Virus record (IMG/VR): IMGVR_UViG_3300042299_000439
Span: 1-47,699 of that record
Direction: 5' to 3' (one strand)
Source of the DNA: a virus
Lineage: Duplodnaviria > Caudoviricetes
Length of the DNA: 47,699 nucleotides
Position 1 is the stretch's first letter. The number at the start of each line of letters is the position of its first letter. Positions 1-8,697 of the stretch are shown here, one piece after another. The notes below the pieces were generated by a model that searched no databases, was not told the DNA's origin, and saw nothing but the letters and a program-made list of their open reading frames with translations. The translations under genes and the position numbers were made by a program.

Positions 1-338
1 GGATAGTATCTGTCAGGGTATTCATTACTTAATTTGTTGTTTACAGCATTGTGAAGAACTCTACACCATGTTCTAAAAGAAATATAATCTTCAAAATTAG
101 GTGGATTGTTCTGACAATAATCTGTAAAAAAACTACTACAACCACAACCTTGCCCAGGAATTGCAGGAACAAATTGTTGGTAGAAGAACACTTGAGCGTT
201 AAACGAGTTCCAATTTTTTTCATGTTTAACAGAATAATTATGAATCATATACCAAACAGAAGGCACTTTAATAGTTTCTGAGGTTTTAGCATATGTAGAA
301 ACTTGAACTGGTTTATTTCTTTCCCAATGAACTTTCAT
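1..338 (-). CDS. Erv1/ALR-family FAD-linked sulfhydryl oxidase (3'-truncated by window edge; absent from ORF track)
   Basis: Manual translation from ATG at 338: MKVHWERNKPVQVSTYAKTSETIKVPSVWYMIHNYSVKHEKNWNSFNAQVFFYQQFVPAIPGQGCGCSSFFTDYCQNNPPNFEDYISFRTWCRVLHNAVNNKLSNEYPDRYY..., with no stop before position 1. Erv hallmarks appear in order: WxxxH, P...CxC..F, PP, W...LHNxVNxKL. ATGA overlap with the stop of 335..1723. Confidence 0.85.
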   Translation of the reverse strand, partial: MKVHWERNKPVQVSTYAKTSETIKVPSVWYMIHNYSVKHEKNWNSFNAQVFFYQQFVPAIPGQGCGCSSFFTDYCQNNPPNFEDYISFRTWCRVLHNAVNNKLSNEYPDRYY

Positions 339-1723
339 AAGTTATAGTCAACATTAAGAGTTATAAAGTTTTGACATATAGCAGGTGTGTGGTATGTAGA
401 GTAGATATCATAATCAAACGATACTTGTGTTTCTGCTGTCCATCCATTTCCTGGTGGTAGGTACCAGCATCTTTCGCCCTCTGTTACAGGATAGTACCAC
501 CCAGACAATACTGTTGTACAAGTAATGTTTACACAGGCAGGCCCACAATCGTATTCAAATTTTCGAGAATTTAGAAATAATGGGTTGTATGTTGCTAGTC
601 CTGCGTTAGGTATTGCAGTTAAAGGATATTCACAAGAAATAGTCAAAATATCTATTAAAAATGTTCTTGCACTACAATCAATAGTTGCTGCTGGATAGTT
701 AGTTATCGATCCACTAGGTATTGGACATCCTTCGCATGCAGGTGGTGGACAATAAACACAACTATAGCAACTGCAAGATGCATTACATGCTCCTGAAGGA
801 CATGGTGTGCGAGTAAATGGTGGTGCTATGTCATGTTGACTATTAGTAGGGGTACAATCATAAGTAACTGAAGGAACGTATTCTTGAATGCAATCTATTG
901 GATTAATCATTTGTTCAAAACCAGAACAAAAAGACCAGCATTCTAAAGTATGTGGATCACTTACGGTCCATGTATCAGATTCTGGCATTTCATCATATAC
1001 TTTTGTTTTTACAACAAAGCTTTCTGTAATAATACCATCGTCTGCTGTTAAACTTAAAGAAGGAACCCAAGGTGTATCTTCTGTTGTTGGGTATGAATCA
1101 TGTGTCCAAGATGAAGGTGCTGATGTTATCCAATCAAAGCATGTTTCTAAAATATAACTAGATCGCCAACCTTCGTTAACTCCAGGAGCAGAGTTGTAGT
1201 TTTGGTGTCTGAGATAAGACCACCAAAAGTTTTGTTGTATTTGTACAATAAACTTTCTAGTATCGGGTTCTTCATCACAAGCTATATCTTTGTGGCCGTA
1301 TCTTACTACAATGTTTTTTTGTTTGGTCCAGTAACGATATCTTTCTTTCGCAAAGGACAGAGCTTCGATTGTTCTGGTTGCTGCTGGAACCCAAGTACCA
1401 CAATCATAATCTGGGATTGTGGGGAGTACAGGACATTCTTCAGGGTTACCATAATAATCTAAAGCAAGTCTATACCATTTTTGTCGTTCTTGTCTAAATT
1501 CTAGATATTCAACAACAGAAGTAGATTCGGACCTGTAATCCCAACTAATATAGTCAGAAATTAATACCCAAGGTTGTGCATCGTTGTAGTTATAAACTCT
1601 TTCCCAACAACATAGATCTAAACCTATATTATACCAATCTCCTACTGGAGTCATTCCTGGAAGTATAATATTTGGTGGTGGTAAGCATATTTTACAACAG
1701 TTATTTTTTCCTCCCATTAGCAA
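335..1723 (-). CDS. Cysteine-rich putative tail-tip/virion protein
   Basis: 462 aa with 28 Cys by my count (N-terminal CCKIC; cluster CPSGACNASCSCYSCVYCPPPACEGC). Last of the genes following the tape measure; function inferred from position. Confidence 0.6.
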   Translation of the reverse strand: MLMGGKNNCCKICLPPPNIILPGMTPVGDWYNIGLDLCCWERVYNYNDAQPWVLISDYISWDYRSESTSVVEYLEFRQERQKWYRLALDYYGNPEECPVLPTIPDYDCGTWVPAATRTIEALSFAKERYRYWTKQKNIVVRYGHKDIACDEEPDTRKFIVQIQQNFWWSYLRHQNYNSAPGVNEGWRSSYILETCFDWITSAPSSWTHDSYPTTEDTPWVPSLSLTADDGIITESFVVKTKVYDEMPESDTWTVSDPHTLECWSFCSGFEQMINPIDCIQEYVPSVTYDCTPTNSQHDIAPPFTRTPCPSGACNASCSCYSCVYCPPPACEGCPIPSGSITNYPAATIDCSARTFLIDILTISCEYPLTAIPNAGLATYNPLFLNSRKFEYDCGPACVNITCTTVLSGWYYPVTEGERCWYLPPGNGWTAETQVSFDYDIYSTYHTPAICQNFITLNVDYNL

Positions 1724-2442
1724 ATCTCCAGAGCTAAAAGCATTCCGCCTTTGATTGTTATTTCAATGTCTTTGATTCCGACAATAGGAGTTACAATAGT
1801 TATACATGTTTTAGTAATTCCTGTTGAACGATAAGCATCGTTATGATATTCATAGATATCAACAGTTCCTGGTGTTCCTGGATTGAGACCTGCTGATTGT
1901 GTTTTACCTATCCAAGTCATACTTGATTTAGTTAGAGAAACGTAAGACCAGGAGGCTGTGGGAGTATCACCAATTATATCGGCTTTACCTCCATAACATC
2001 TCCATAGTTTACTATTAAAGATGTCAAAAGAATTACCTCCAGGAATTATAACTTCACCTGTAGTCTTTAACCAACATCCACCTGTTAGTTGCACCTTTCC
2101 TGGGGATGACTTTGTGATAAAGTCTAGTGCTATTCCCCAGGTAGGGTTGAACTTGGTGATAGGTTTATCTTCTGTGTGAGTATAACATTTGAATGTATCT
2201 ATTTGCAAATGTTGTAAATCACTAGAAGGTGTAATAAAATTACCAACACCCAGGACTACAGGACTATAAGGTTCAATAGTATCTGCTACTGAGTCATCAT
2301 TAAGCATAGCTTCTATGATAACATTACTAGAATTTGTTGTTGCTCTAGGTGCATTTATACTATGAGTAGGTGCACGAGTTTGTTCATCATAAAATTTCTT
2401 GTTAAAGAAATCTTTTCTTGGTGCTCCAGGGTATGGTCTCAT
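1717..2442 (-). CDS. Putative tail protein
   Basis: 241 aa, beta-rich, in the post-tape-measure position; ends in Cys (LEIC). Confidence 0.55.
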   Translation of the reverse strand: MRPYPGAPRKDFFNKKFYDEQTRAPTHSINAPRATTNSSNVIIEAMLNDDSVADTIEPYSPVVLGVGNFITPSSDLQHLQIDTFKCYTHTEDKPITKFNPTWGIALDFITKSSPGKVQLTGGCWLKTTGEVIIPGGNSFDIFNSKLWRCYGGKADIIGDTPTASWSYVSLTKSSMTWIGKTQSAGLNPGTPGTVDIYEYHNDAYRSTGITKTCITIVTPIVGIKDIEITIKGGMLLALEIC

Positions 2443-2448
2443 AATAAC

Positions 2449-3576
2449 CTACAGTAAGAAGTTGGTGAAATTCATAAAGGTTGTTTCTTCTGGCATATAA
2501 ATATAGCGATCGCTTGGTCGTCTAACAATTACTTTTTCAGTATTTTTAACTTCTTTATCATAACGATAAGCAAGGATTGCCCAACCACTATGAACACCGT
2601 TAGGTAGAGGTAATGTATTTACTCCAACTACAGGGTGACTAGCATGAACTACTGCTGTTGAAGGGAAAGTCGAATCAACATAAGTATCGTATTGAGTTGA
2701 TGTTAATACTTTCTTTTTATTATCAACAGTAACATAAGTATCTTGTAAAGAAGCAATAGATCTAAGACCTGATTGTAACCATCTAAAGTTAGGTCTTATT
2801 TCAAATGATAGACTAACAGGAACATTTTGGTATAAGTGTCCTGTAGCATTAGCACCTACACACATAACACTCCCAGGAGCATTACCGAAGAAATCATCAA
2901 GATTAATTGATGTAACTAATCTGCTGATTCTTCTCTTGTATTCATAAGTTAATTTACGAGGAGACATGTATTGAACAATCTCAAATGTAAATGATCTTAC
3001 TGGTTGTTCAGCACCTTCAATACCATCATCTGTTTCTCCAATAGGTTGGTACTTTCCAGGAGTAAGTGCTGCTGTGCCAGGAAGTCCTATTCTTCTTTGA
3101 GATTCAAGTAGATATCCCATCTGACGTTTCTCAAATACTGCTGTACAATTAAATGTAAGTTGAGTAAACTCTTGTGAATTAGCTTCACCATTAGCTGGCC
3201 CTGATTCTCCGCCTCCTCCTCCCTGGGACTGACCATTATCTTCTGGTATGTCGAATGTAACAAATAGTTTCCATTGTCTCCAGTTAATTTGCTCTGCTCT
3301 TATGTTGGCAGCATAGAGAAATACATAATCACCATCTTCATTTAAGAAGAATTGATAATTGACGGGAATGATTGAAATAAAGTATGGAAGAACTTTACGT
3401 TGCATTACATCATCATCAAGTATTAATACTAAATCTGCATCAGGAACAGATTGAGTATTTGCATATTCTAAGAATTCATCGTCATCAACTAAGAATACAA
3501 ATTCTTTAGATACAGCTCTACGTGATACTTCAAACTTACGAGATTCTCTATAAATCTCAATCATTTTTAGAGCCAT
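2449..3576 (-). CDS. Putative distal tail/hub protein
   Basis: 375 aa, first large ORF after the tape measure; GGAGG SD upstream; call by synteny. Confidence 0.55.
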   Translation of the reverse strand: MALKMIEIYRESRKFEVSRRAVSKEFVFLVDDDEFLEYANTQSVPDADLVLILDDDVMQRKVLPYFISIIPVNYQFFLNEDGDYVFLYAANIRAEQINWRQWKLFVTFDIPEDNGQSQGGGGGESGPANGEANSQEFTQLTFNCTAVFEKRQMGYLLESQRRIGLPGTAALTPGKYQPIGETDDGIEGAEQPVRSFTFEIVQYMSPRKLTYEYKRRISRLVTSINLDDFFGNAPGSVMCVGANATGHLYQNVPVSLSFEIRPNFRWLQSGLRSIASLQDTYVTVDNKKKVLTSTQYDTYVDSTFPSTAVVHASHPVVGVNTLPLPNGVHSGWAILAYRYDKEVKNTEKVIVRRPSDRYIYMPEETTFMNFTNFLL

Positions 3577-3832
3577 TTATTTCCTCCGCTATTGCTGATA
3601 ATGTTTGATGAAGTTCTTCTCTAGTATAGAAGTCGTAAGTTCTTTTTAAGAAATCTAATGCTTGATGTCGATTAATCAAAACAAGTTCACCAAAGTCTTT
3701 TATCATTGGTACTTGAACTATAGAAAAGAATTCTCTGTATGTTGATTTGAACATAGTTACTTCGTCTCTTTTAGCTGAAGAAAGAGTACGAAGTAATATG
3801 TAAACACCTTGGTTAATTTGATCGCGATTCAC
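3557..3832 (-). CDS. Hypothetical protein
   Basis: 91 aa ORF filling the gap between the tape measure and the next tail gene, overlapping the latter by 20 nt. Confidence 0.6.
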   Translation of the reverse strand: MNRDQINQGVYILLRTLSSAKRDEVTMFKSTYREFFSIVQVPMIKDFGELVLINRHQALDFLKRTYDFYTREELHQTLSAIAEEINGSKND

Positions 3833-3835
3833 GGA

Positions 3836-6800
3836 TTACATGCCTTGAGTTTGAACTACGTTGATAAGTTTATCTAACTTAGCATTAGTTTCTTGAGCTA
3901 GTTCGATTTCTTTAGGAGATTCTTTTAGCAGTCTGTTACCAGATACGGCTTGAATAGATCCTACTAAAGCTGAAAGTTTATACTCAAAAGTTTTCATAGC
4001 TACCGCTGGATTCGGTACTCCTGGGGCTGACTTATCTCTATTTTGTAGATCTTTTAGTCTTTGAGTATCAAAGTCTTTGATTAATTGATTTTGTTGTAAT
4101 TCATATTGTAGATTATTCCAAATATTTTGTAATTCTTCAAATATTCCTTGTGAAGCTGCATTAAGAGATACTACTTGATTATTCTTAGAATTAGAAAATG
4201 CTTTTGCACTATCAAAGAATGCTTTTTGAATAGCATCTTCTCTAGTTTTACTTTCCTTTTTGATTTGATTTTGTCTAACTTTATCATCTTGAGTTGCTTT
4301 AAATGTGTCTTGTGCTCCTTGATTAATTGTTGCTAAGCCAACATTTTTCATTCCAGGCACATTAAGAAAAGCAAGACCAATAGCTACTTTGACTTCACCA
4401 GCAAATTGTTTACCCCAGGTAACTAATTTACTAATTGCTCCAAAAAAGTTTGTGATAAAGTTATTTAAAGATAATACTAAAGTTAAAAAGACTTGCTTTA
4501 GACTATCAGCAAAATTACTTTTACCATCAAATAGTCCACCTACTGTATCAAATATTGGACTAAGTAAACTATCAAAAGCACCACCTAATCCTTTAACTAG
4601 AGCATCAACAATACTCCATACTGTTACAAAAATAGCTTTGAAGGTTATGTAAATGCTTGCTACTTTAGCAGCAAAAGCATTCCAAGCAGCACTTAGTTGA
4701 TTTTGGATAATAGCAACTAGACCAGAGAAGCCAGCACTGATAGCAGCAACTCCAACCCCAGTATCACCCTTAACAAATGCTTCAAAAGCTAATGAGAATA
4801 GTTTTAAAGCAGGTGCAGCATATGTAGCTATTCTTGCTATCTGTTGGAATGCAGCACTAAATCCAGCACCAACATCTTCAAATGCTTTTCTGATTAATGG
4901 TATTTTATGACCAAACAATAGAAGTGCATTAAGAGCTAATCCCACAAAGTTCCAACTAAACACAAATCGAGATAGTCTGAAAGTTAATATAGCAAAAGAC
5001 TTGCTAAGATTAAAAATCATACTAACACCTTTACCCATAGCAGCAAAAGTTTTAGTCATATTAGCCCCTGCAAATAGGGTCTTCATATAACTAGCACCTT
5101 TCATAGCACGACCTGCTGCTGCCACTCTTTTCTGGGACATGGCTGCATTAGCCATACCTTGAGCACCTGCTGCTGCTCTAGCTCTTTTAGCTTCTATGAT
5201 AGCTAATTTCTTACCAGAAGATATTTGAGCTTTTTGTACAGCAATACTATTGGTTAGTGCTTTGTTTGTTTTAAAGCCTTTATCCATAGTTTTTTGGATT
5301 CTAGCTACTTGTTTCTGAGCATATACTTTCTTAAATGCTGCTTGAGCTTGATTCTTATTAATAAAAGTAGCTAACTGTTTTTCTTCAGTAGCTAACTTTA
5401 AGAAAGCCATGTTAGGTTTGGGTGCACCACCTTTACCTTTAATCAATGTTGGTGTAGATTTAAGAGCTTGTCGAACAGAATATAATCTATCGTATGCTTT
5501 ATCAATAGCTTTTTCTAGAGCTACAGCATTTTTAATCTCATTTTGCATACTACTTCTAGCAGAAATGAGTTTAACAAGTGTACGATTATTTTTTACTCTA
5601 CGTTCGTCAAGCATTAGAATTCTACTAACTCTTTTCTCAACATCAGGGAATTCTGCTTTAATAGCTTTTTGTCCCGCAATTGTATCTCGTAGATTTTTCT
5701 TTTGTAGAACTCCTTCAAGACGCATTTGACTACGTATTTCGGCACGTTCTTTACGAACTGTATTAAGAGCAGAAGCTTTACCTGCTATAGCTGAACCAGC
5801 ACCTTTTAATGCAGCAATAGGCTTAGCTTTTTTCATCATGGTTGCTAGTTTAGATTGTTCTGCTTTGAATGTTGCCATTCGCTTACTAGCATTGATTTTA
5901 GCTAGTGCAGATGCCTGGGATGCAGGAGTTTTACGAGCATTAGCAGCAGCAACAGAAGCATTGATCTTTGCTTCCATTCTAGCTACTTTTTCAGCTTGTG
6001 CTTTAATAGCTGCTGCTTTAACTCCACGAGCATTCATAGCTCCTTGAAGTCCCTTACCAGCAGACATCAAACTTCCACCCAGGAATCCCGCGAATCTTTT
6101 GAGGCCATTAAAGGCAGCAGCTAATCCTATGAGAACTGTTCGTAGTCTGGCTAATACTACAGATAGAATCATAGCACTACCAGCAATACCAATGAATATT
6201 ACTGGGCTGAATACTAATGCTCCTACAAGAATTTTATGTGAGGCTGTTAGTCTTTCTAGTGCTGCTACTCCTACTGTAGCAAAGTTAGCCATTGCTGTAG
6301 CACCATCTTTAAAAGTATAACCAGCAGCAATGTTAAGTGCTTCTATTCCACTTGTTAATCTACGAATAGCACCACCGAGTCCTGATTCCATTTTAGCTGC
6401 TGCTAATGCTGCTTCTTCACCTGCTGCTGCTATTTCTTTAATAAAAAACTCTACTCGTTCCATATCCTGAACGGAGGACACCATACGTGATCCTCTGATG
6501 TTGAATACGTCTCCGAAGAGTCTAACTTTATCCATCTTATCCATACCTTTGGTGGAATCCATTAAACTTTTTAATGTTTGCCCAAAGTCAACTCCTTTAG
6601 TTCCATCTTGAAGAGTGGACATAAACAATTGAAATTTAGGTAATCTACCTTGTAATTTTTCTAAGTTATTGGCTAGATTAAGAAAAGCAGTGTTCATAGA
6701 TGTACCTGCAAGACTTGCTTTAAGTCCTGATTCTGACATCTGTACTAGCAATCCAAGAACTGTAGATAGATTAGCACCTAAATTAACAGAAGTACCACTA

Positions 6801-7426
6801 GCATACTTCATTGATTCACGAAGATCTTGAATCTCGATTGTACCTAATCGAGTAGCTTTAACCATCATAGATGCTACGTGGTTAATAGTAGCCATATTTT
6901 CAGCCAAGACTGCGGCACTATTACCTGGTTTAAGCAGATTAAAAGTACGAACAGTATTAGCTAAAAGATCAGCAGTATCTCCAAGAGCATAGCCAGTACC
7001 ACGAGCAAGATCCAGAACTGCTTTAAGACTAGACTTAATTTCAGTAATACTAAAACCAGCTTGAGCTAGAGAGATAGCAGCATCAGCTACTTCAGCAGAA
7101 GTATAAGATGTTACTCTACCCAGATCAATAATAGTTTTTGTGAGATCTTTAATATTAGCTTTTTGCTGATCTGTTTCTACACCAAATATACCTAACTTAG
7201 CTGTTAAATTAAGAATCTTATCTTCAAAATCTGTAAAGTTATTAATAACACCACGAGACACTAGCCCAGTAAGAAGACCAGCACCAGCAGCCTGTTGTCC
7301 TAGATTACGTAATCCTCTAGCACTTGCCATCATTTTTGATGTGAGCTTATTAAATGAAGCATTAGCTTTATCTAATACATCAATAACAATAACTGCTTTA
7401 CCGGCTTCTATACTTCTTCGTGTCAT
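3836..7426 (-). CDS. Tail tape measure protein (TP901-family core)
   Basis: 1196 aa; TP901-type signatures (LGRVTSYTSAEVADAAISLAQAGFS, GLKASLAGTSM); Ala/Gly-rich helical with hydrophobic segments; follows the tail chaperone genes. Confidence 0.92.
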   Translation of the reverse strand: MTRRSIEAGKAVIVIDVLDKANASFNKLTSKMMASARGLRNLGQQAAGAGLLTGLVSRGVINNFTDFEDKILNLTAKLGIFGVETDQQKANIKDLTKTIIDLGRVTSYTSAEVADAAISLAQAGFSITEIKSSLKAVLDLARGTGYALGDTADLLANTVRTFNLLKPGNSAAVLAENMATINHVASMMVKATRLGTIEIQDLRESMKYASGTSVNLGANLSTVLGLLVQMSESGLKASLAGTSMNTAFLNLANNLEKLQGRLPKFQLFMSTLQDGTKGVDFGQTLKSLMDSTKGMDKMDKVRLFGDVFNIRGSRMVSSVQDMERVEFFIKEIAAAGEEAALAAAKMESGLGGAIRRLTSGIEALNIAAGYTFKDGATAMANFATVGVAALERLTASHKILVGALVFSPVIFIGIAGSAMILSVVLARLRTVLIGLAAAFNGLKRFAGFLGGSLMSAGKGLQGAMNARGVKAAAIKAQAEKVARMEAKINASVAAANARKTPASQASALAKINASKRMATFKAEQSKLATMMKKAKPIAALKGAGSAIAGKASALNTVRKERAEIRSQMRLEGVLQKKNLRDTIAGQKAIKAEFPDVEKRVSRILMLDERRVKNNRTLVKLISARSSMQNEIKNAVALEKAIDKAYDRLYSVRQALKSTPTLIKGKGGAPKPNMAFLKLATEEKQLATFINKNQAQAAFKKVYAQKQVARIQKTMDKGFKTNKALTNSIAVQKAQISSGKKLAIIEAKRARAAAGAQGMANAAMSQKRVAAAGRAMKGASYMKTLFAGANMTKTFAAMGKGVSMIFNLSKSFAILTFRLSRFVFSWNFVGLALNALLLFGHKIPLIRKAFEDVGAGFSAAFQQIARIATYAAPALKLFSLAFEAFVKGDTGVGVAAISAGFSGLVAIIQNQLSAAWNAFAAKVASIYITFKAIFVTVWSIVDALVKGLGGAFDSLLSPIFDTVGGLFDGKSNFADSLKQVFLTLVLSLNNFITNFFGAISKLVTWGKQFAGEVKVAIGLAFLNVPGMKNVGLATINQGAQDTFKATQDDKVRQNQIKKESKTREDAIQKAFFDSAKAFSNSKNNQVVSLNAASQGIFEELQNIWNNLQYELQQNQLIKDFDTQRLKDLQNRDKSAPGVPNPAVAMKTFEYKLSALVGSIQAVSGNRLLKESPKEIELAQETNAKLDKLINVVQTQGM

Positions 7427-7434
7427 GATAATCC

Positions 7435-7462
7435 TTCTTAAAACTCTTCGAGCTTTTAATAA
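7435..7462 (-). repeat. Bulged-G hairpin repeat, copy 1 (opposite orientation to the others)
   Basis: Minus strand TTATTAAAAGCTC-GAA-GAGTTTTAAGAA, just upstream of the tape measure SD. Confidence 0.8.
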
Positions 7463-7471
7463 GCATTGGGA

Positions 7472-7786
7472 TTACGCTTCCCCTTTTGCTCTTTTAACTG
7501 ATGCCTCCAGTTTGGCTTGGCCTGTTCCTGGGGGTGGTGGTACTTTTGGTAATAGTGATGAATCTTGTGCTGAACATGCCCAATAGATTCTATCTCTATG
7601 AAAGGCTTCTTGTTCTATGTAGAGGATGTCTCCGATGGTAAGGGTGTCAACGTCGATTCCTCTTCCTCTAACTCGGAGGATGATACATTCGACATCATCT
7701 CTGCTACATCGAACTTCTTGATTTGTATCTTCATCTGTGCCCACAAGTCCAGGAGAATTTTCTTTTTGTGGGCTGACGTAAAATTT
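7472..7786 (-). CDS. Tail assembly chaperone, -1 frameshift extension (gpGT-like C-terminal part)
   Basis: The -1 frame is open from the slippery site at 7786-7780 to the stop at 7472 and reads ...GIDVDTLTIGDILYIEQEAFHRDRIYW..., resembling gpT-like segments; lies immediately before the tape measure. Confidence 0.7.
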   Translation of the reverse strand, partial: KFYVSPQKENSPGLVGTDEDTNQEVRCSRDDVECIILRVRGRGIDVDTLTIGDILYIEQEAFHRDRIYWACSAQDSSLLPKVPPPPGTGQAKLEASVKRAKGEA

Positions 7787-8085
7787 ACAACTGCTGCCCA
7801 GAACTTCTCTCTGAATTCATCGAGTAGATCTAAACTACTAATGCAGGCTTCCATTGTTTCTTTGTCTACTTTATGTTGATTACCAAAGTAATACCATAGA
7901 AGATCAATTGTAAAGTCATCATCAAGAATTAATTTTTGAACTGCTTCCATTGTTTTTTCATTATCAACAAAGAAGTCTAATAACTTAAGTCCAAATTGTT
8001 TTTCTAGTTTTCTAGATTCAATCAAATTAATTTCAATAATGATTTCGTAAGAACCAAGTTTGTAACGAACGATTTCTTTTGCCAC
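7615..8085 (-). CDS. Tail assembly chaperone (gpG-like)
   Basis: 156 aa, acidic and helical, between the major tail and tape measure genes; overlaps a -1 frame ORF. Confidence 0.75.
   Translation of the reverse strand: MAKEIVRYKLGSYEIIIEINLIESRKLEKQFGLKLLDFFVDNEKTMEAVQKLILDDDFTIDLLWYYFGNQHKVDKETMEACISSLDLLDEFREKFWAAVVNFTSAHKKKILLDLWAQMKIQIKKFDVAEMMSNVSSSELEEEESTLTPLPSETSST
7780..7786 (-). other. Candidate -1 programmed ribosomal frameshift heptamer A AAT TTT
   Basis: In-frame codons GTA AAT TTT give an X XXY YYZ heptamer, and the -1 frame stays open into the downstream ORF. C AAA AAG a few codons later is an alternative site. Confidence 0.6.
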
Positions 8086-8119
8086 GTGATTTCCTAAAAG
8101 TGAGAGACGGCTCGAAGTA

Positions 8120-8440
8120 TCAGGGGTAATATGATATAGCTAATCCTTCGGAGATTAACTGTAATCCAATGTTAATTGAGTTATGATAAATGATGCCAAG
8201 ATATCTACCAAACTTTTCTTTTTTGTCTTTGATGGTTTCAATCTTGACGATTGTTCCTGGGGGAATGAGTTGAGTTATTCTGTGTAGTGTTGTCTTTCCG
8301 TAATCAGTATTTTTTTCAGGAGCATTGATTCCATAGATTCTTATTATTTGTTTAAAACTAATAGAGAAACCTAAGTCAATAGTAACTTCTACTGTATCTC
8401 CATCTATAATTCGATTGATTGTTGCTTGATAAGAATACAT
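8120..8440 (-). CDS. Thermonuclease (staphylococcal nuclease-like) protein
   Basis: IDGDT, IRIYGINAPE and KFGRYL motifs; GGAG SD; no signal peptide. Confidence 0.9.
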   Translation of the reverse strand: MYSYQATINRIIDGDTVEVTIDLGFSISFKQIIRIYGINAPEKNTDYGKTTLHRITQLIPPGTIVKIETIKDKKEKFGRYLGIIYHNSINIGLQLISEGLAISYYP

Positions 8441-8484
8441 AGTGTCTCCAGAAAAGGGAGTTTAAAAAGCATAAAAAATGGGTA

Positions 8485-8568
8485 TAGACATACTTTTAGG
8501 GACCAACCCTACCCTATAAACCGCCGTCACAGTTTACAAGAATAAGATTGATCCCTAAAATTTGTCTA
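8485..8568 (-). ncRNA. Long G-U-rich RNA hairpin (structured leader or terminator)
   Basis: On the minus strand, GGGAUCAAUCUUAUUCUUGUAAACUG pairs with CGGUUUAUAGGGUAGGGUUGGUCCC using about 7 G-U pairs. The stem is extended by UAGACA/UGUCUA and followed by U-rich sequence. Confidence 0.55.
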
Positions 8569-8697
8569 GGCTCCCGAAAATGTATAAATACATTCTGGCA
8601 CGTCGTTCTAACTTAGCAGTTCTCTTTGGGATAAGAGCCACGTCGTATACAGCCTCTTCGTTTGTCACGGTTTGCCTAGATAATTCTTGACGGAGAA

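Noticed and set aside
41-281. Track ORFs 41..223 (-) and 51..281 (+)
   Set aside because: Both are alternative frames of the Erv-like gene (338..1), which has clear family motifs and translational coupling.
8600-8680. c-di-GMP-I riboswitch suggested by AGGCAAACC on the minus strand
   Set aside because: The GAAA-capped stem and GACGCAAAG motif that should follow are missing.
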